A stretch of 64,000 nt of DNA, from contig JADJUS010000004.1 in the NCBI GenBank assembly GCA_016716905.1, forward strand, positions 1,419,603 through 1,483,602, written 5' to 3'. The notes beneath the pieces were generated by a model. That model had not been told where the DNA came from, made no database searches, and saw only the letters and a program-made list of their open reading frames with translations. Source of the stretch: Acidobacteriota bacterium. GTDB lineage: Bacteria > Acidobacteriota > Vicinamibacteria > Vicinamibacterales > SCN-69-37. Shown in pieces: positions 61,901 to 64,000 of the stretch; positions within the stretch are counted from its first letter, which is position 1; every line of letters starts with the position of its first letter. The position numbers and the translations under genes were made by a program.

Positions 61901-62773
61901 TTAGTCAGGCGCCTGGAGGGGAGCCGTGAACCGAAGGCCGACCCATTCATCTTCAGAGAGACGCGCGTCCAGTTGAGCGCCGAGGTCGGCAAACGCACGC
62001 GTGACGGCCTCTTCTTCTTCGCGCGTCACGCCACTGACGATGAGCGTGGCAGAGGGAACTGCCAACTGCAGCAGGCGGCCGGCCATCCGCACCAGCATTC
62101 CGCCGGTCAGGTTTGCGAGGACGAGCGTGAAGGGCTCGCCGCGCACCGCAGGCTCACGCTCGATGTCGGCCTGACGGATGTCGATTTCGTCGGAGATGTT
62201 GTTGAGTTCCGCGCACTCGCGAGCGGACGTGACGGCGTCGGCATCAAAGTCCACCGCGACCACCGACGCTGCGCCCAGCATCCGCGCGGCAATCGCCAAC
62301 ACTCCCGACCCGGTGCCGACATCAAGCGCACGAGCGCCTGCCATCGACAACTCCTGCAGCAACCGCAGGCACAACCGGGTGGAGGCGTGATGTCCGGTGC
62401 CGAAGCCCATCGAGGGTTGAATGACAATGACACCGGCACGATCGGCCGGCAGGTCCCAGGGCGGCGCCACAGTGAGCCGCCCGACCGTGACCGCGGTCAG
62501 CGACGCCTGACTGCGTTCGGCCCATTGTTCGTCGGGCACGTCCACCGGTTCAGCGCCACAGGCCAGTGCCGCACGCACATGCGTCGCGGCCGAATCGCGG
62601 TCTTCCATCGAGCCAAAAAACACACGGAGGCCTGACGGCACAGACTCGGCTGCGACCGGGCCGAACTCATCCAGTTCGGCCAGTACGCGATCCGGCATCT
62701 CGTCGGCGTCCGCCGCGGGATCGCCTGGCCACGTGACATCGAGGCCGGGATACACGCGGGCGGACTCAGCCAA
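61901..62773 (-). CDS. prmA: Ribosomal protein L11 methyltransferase PrmA
   Basis: [21 protein letters not shown] and the [16 protein letters not shown] motif. It is downstream of dnaJ. Confidence 0.85.
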   Translation of the reverse strand: MAESARVYPGLDVTWPGDPAADADEMPDRVLAELDEFGPVAAESVPSGLRVFFGSMEDRDSAATHVRAALACGAEPVDVPDEQWAERSQASLTAVTVGRLTVAPPWDLPADRAGVIVIQPSMGFGTGHHASTRLCLRLLQELSMAGARALDVGTGSGVLAIAARMLGAASVVAVDFDADAVTSARECAELNNISDEIDIRQADIEREPAVRGEPFTLVLANLTGGMLVRMAGRLLQLAVPSATLIVSGVTREEEEAVTRAFADLGAQLDARLSEDEWVGLRFTAPLQAPD

Positions 62774-63902
62774 ACAGATCCTTCACTCGTTCAAAAAACG
62801 GCTTGTCATCGTCCGCCCCTTCGGTGGAACGTGCCTCAAGCGTCTCGATCGGCATCGTTTTGCCGAGTTGATCGATCAGCTTCTTCTGTTCCTTGCTGAT
62901 CTTCTTTGGCACGTCCACGACGAGACGCACGTGCAGTGCTCCGCCGCCGCGGCCCGACACATTCGGCATGCCCTTGCCTCGGAACGACACGAGCGTGCCG
63001 TTGGCCGAACCTGCCGAGACGTTGACGTCGACGGGACCGGCCGGGCCATCCACCTTGAAAGAACCGCCCAGAGCCATGGTGGGGAAGGGCACGCGCACTT
63101 CCATGTAGAGATCGTCGCCCTCGCGCATGAATTTGGCGTGCGCCTTCACGTGAATCACCACGTAGAGGTCGCCCGGAGGGCCTCCGGCGGCGCCGTGTTC
63201 ACCCTCGCCGTGCAGCCGCAGCCGCTGGCCGTCAGAGATGCCCGCGGGAATGCGCACGGTGACGCGCCGGTCTTTCACTACACGGCCGGTGCCTCGGCAG
63301 GAAGGGCACGGCTTCGGGATGATCTGGCCGGTGCCACGGCATTGGCTGCAGGGCCGCGAGACCACGAGGAAGCCCTGCTGATATCGCAGTTGGCCGCGTC
63401 CGCCACACTGCTGACACGTCTCCCTGCTGCTGCCGGGCGCCGCGCCGGTGGCGCCACACGGTTCGCACCCTTCTTCGCGTGGAATCTGGATCGGCGTCTC
63501 TGCGCCTTCGAATGATTCCTCGAAGGAGATTTCGAGGTCGAAGCGCAGATCGCTGCCGCGCACGGGGCCGCCGCGGCGCGCGCCGCCTCCACCAAAGCCG
63601 AAAAAGTCTCCCAGGATGTCGGAGAAATCAGAGAACGTTTCGGGGTTGAACCCCTGGCCTCCGCCCTGGCCCGCGCCGTTGACCGCGGCATGTCCGAAGC
63701 GATCGTAACGCGCACGTTTGTCGGCGTCGCTGAGTACCGAGTAGGCCTCGGCGCCTTCCTTGAATTTTTCTTCCGCGTCGGCGTTGCCCTGATTGCGATC
63801 CGGGTGGTACTTCAGCGCGAGTTTCCGATAGGCGCTCTTGATATCGCTCTCGCTGGCATCGCGCGCTACGCCGAGTATCTCGTAATAGTCACGAGCGCTC
63901 AC
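62766..63902 (-). CDS. dnaJ: Molecular chaperone DnaJ
   Basis: J domain DYYEILGV...YHPDRN, a Gly/Phe-rich region, and four CxxCxGxG zinc-finger motifs. GTG start. Confidence 0.95.
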   Translation of the reverse strand: MSARDYYEILGVARDASESDIKSAYRKLALKYHPDRNQGNADAEEKFKEGAEAYSVLSDADKRARYDRFGHAAVNGAGQGGGQGFNPETFSDFSDILGDFFGFGGGGARRGGPVRGSDLRFDLEISFEESFEGAETPIQIPREEGCEPCGATGAAPGSSRETCQQCGGRGQLRYQQGFLVVSRPCSQCRGTGQIIPKPCPSCRGTGRVVKDRRVTVRIPAGISDGQRLRLHGEGEHGAAGGPPGDLYVVIHVKAHAKFMREGDDLYMEVRVPFPTMALGGSFKVDGPAGPVDVNVSAGSANGTLVSFRGKGMPNVSGRGGGALHVRLVVDVPKKISKEQKKLIDQLGKTMPIETLEARSTEGADDDKPFFERVKDLFG

Positions 63903-64000
63903 GCTTTCGCCACCTTGACCATGGGAGCCCGAAGCAGCTTTGATCCGATGCGGTAGCCGCGCCGCAGTTCCCCGGTGATTTCACCGTCGGGACGCCCGTT
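63899..64000 (-). CDS. grpE: GrpE nucleotide exchange factor, C-terminal 33 codons (5' end outside the window)
   Basis: The minus-frame translation [33 protein letters not shown] matches the GrpE C-terminal beta-domain pattern. GTGA overlap with dnaJ. Confidence 0.7.
   Translation of the reverse strand, partial: NGRPDGEITGELRRGYRIGSKLLRAPMVKVAKA

Noticed and set aside
1-64000. Searched for tRNA/rRNA genes, transposases, integrases, phage genes, toxin-antitoxin pairs, restriction-modification, retron or CBASS-like genes
   Set aside because: None recognised. The intergenic gaps are too short, and are filled by the repeats described, to hold RNA genes. All sizeable ORFs have housekeeping-type assignments.

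Overview
This is a high-GC, gene-dense bacterial chromosomal window with about 60 protein genes. By eye I found no rRNA, tRNA, CRISPR array, transposase, integrase or phage genes.

The content is core housekeeping of a diderm bacterium:
- LolC/E-LolD lipoprotein release, ClpC, BamA-Skp, and a lipid A block (FabZ-LpxA fusion, LpxI, Gfo/Idh/MocA oxidoreductase).
- A futalosine-route menaquinone cluster, tightly coupled to the lipid A block: MqnA, an MqnC-type radical SAM enzyme plus a Cys-less paralogue, an amidohydrolase, and UbiA/UbiX/UbiE-type late steps.
- miaA-deoB-dgt, yceD-rpmF-plsX-fabG-acpP-fabF, etfBA, pntAB, and an HdrD/GlpC-like membrane Fe-S oxidoreductase.
- leuS-lptE-holA, rpsT, alaS-recX-pilT-ilvE, rsmE, and prmA-dnaJ-grpE (grpE is truncated at the window edge).

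A PadR regulator followed by a duplicated FtsX-type orphan permease (ADOP type) points to Acidobacteriota; this is an inference.

I did not find a convincing new multi-gene system such as a defence island, a secretion system or a biosynthetic cluster.

What stands out is the non-coding architecture:
1. A modular family of nested palindromic elements built from three recurring modules: GGGGACGGGTGTCGATCTGTGGAAAA, GGAAAAGACGTCGGGTGTC and AAAACGACCTCTGAGGTCGTTT. One composite copy sits in-frame inside an amidohydrolase CDS. One pair of copies differs by a compensatory 3-nt stem change.
2. Several families of tandem heptanucleotide repeats (GTCCAGA, GGTCCGN, CCTCAAT/CAATCNN) filling intergenic gaps, sometimes as large inverted structures.

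Other second-look items:
- A 64-aa ORF with a strong Shine-Dalgarno sequence and a double-glycine-leader-like motif upstream of pntAB.
- The FabZ-LpxA fusion.
- A 1-nt frameshift in the UbiA/MqnP-type prenyltransferase.
- Leaderless-type promoter geometry at several genes.

All functional calls come from reading motifs in the supplied translations. No database search was run.
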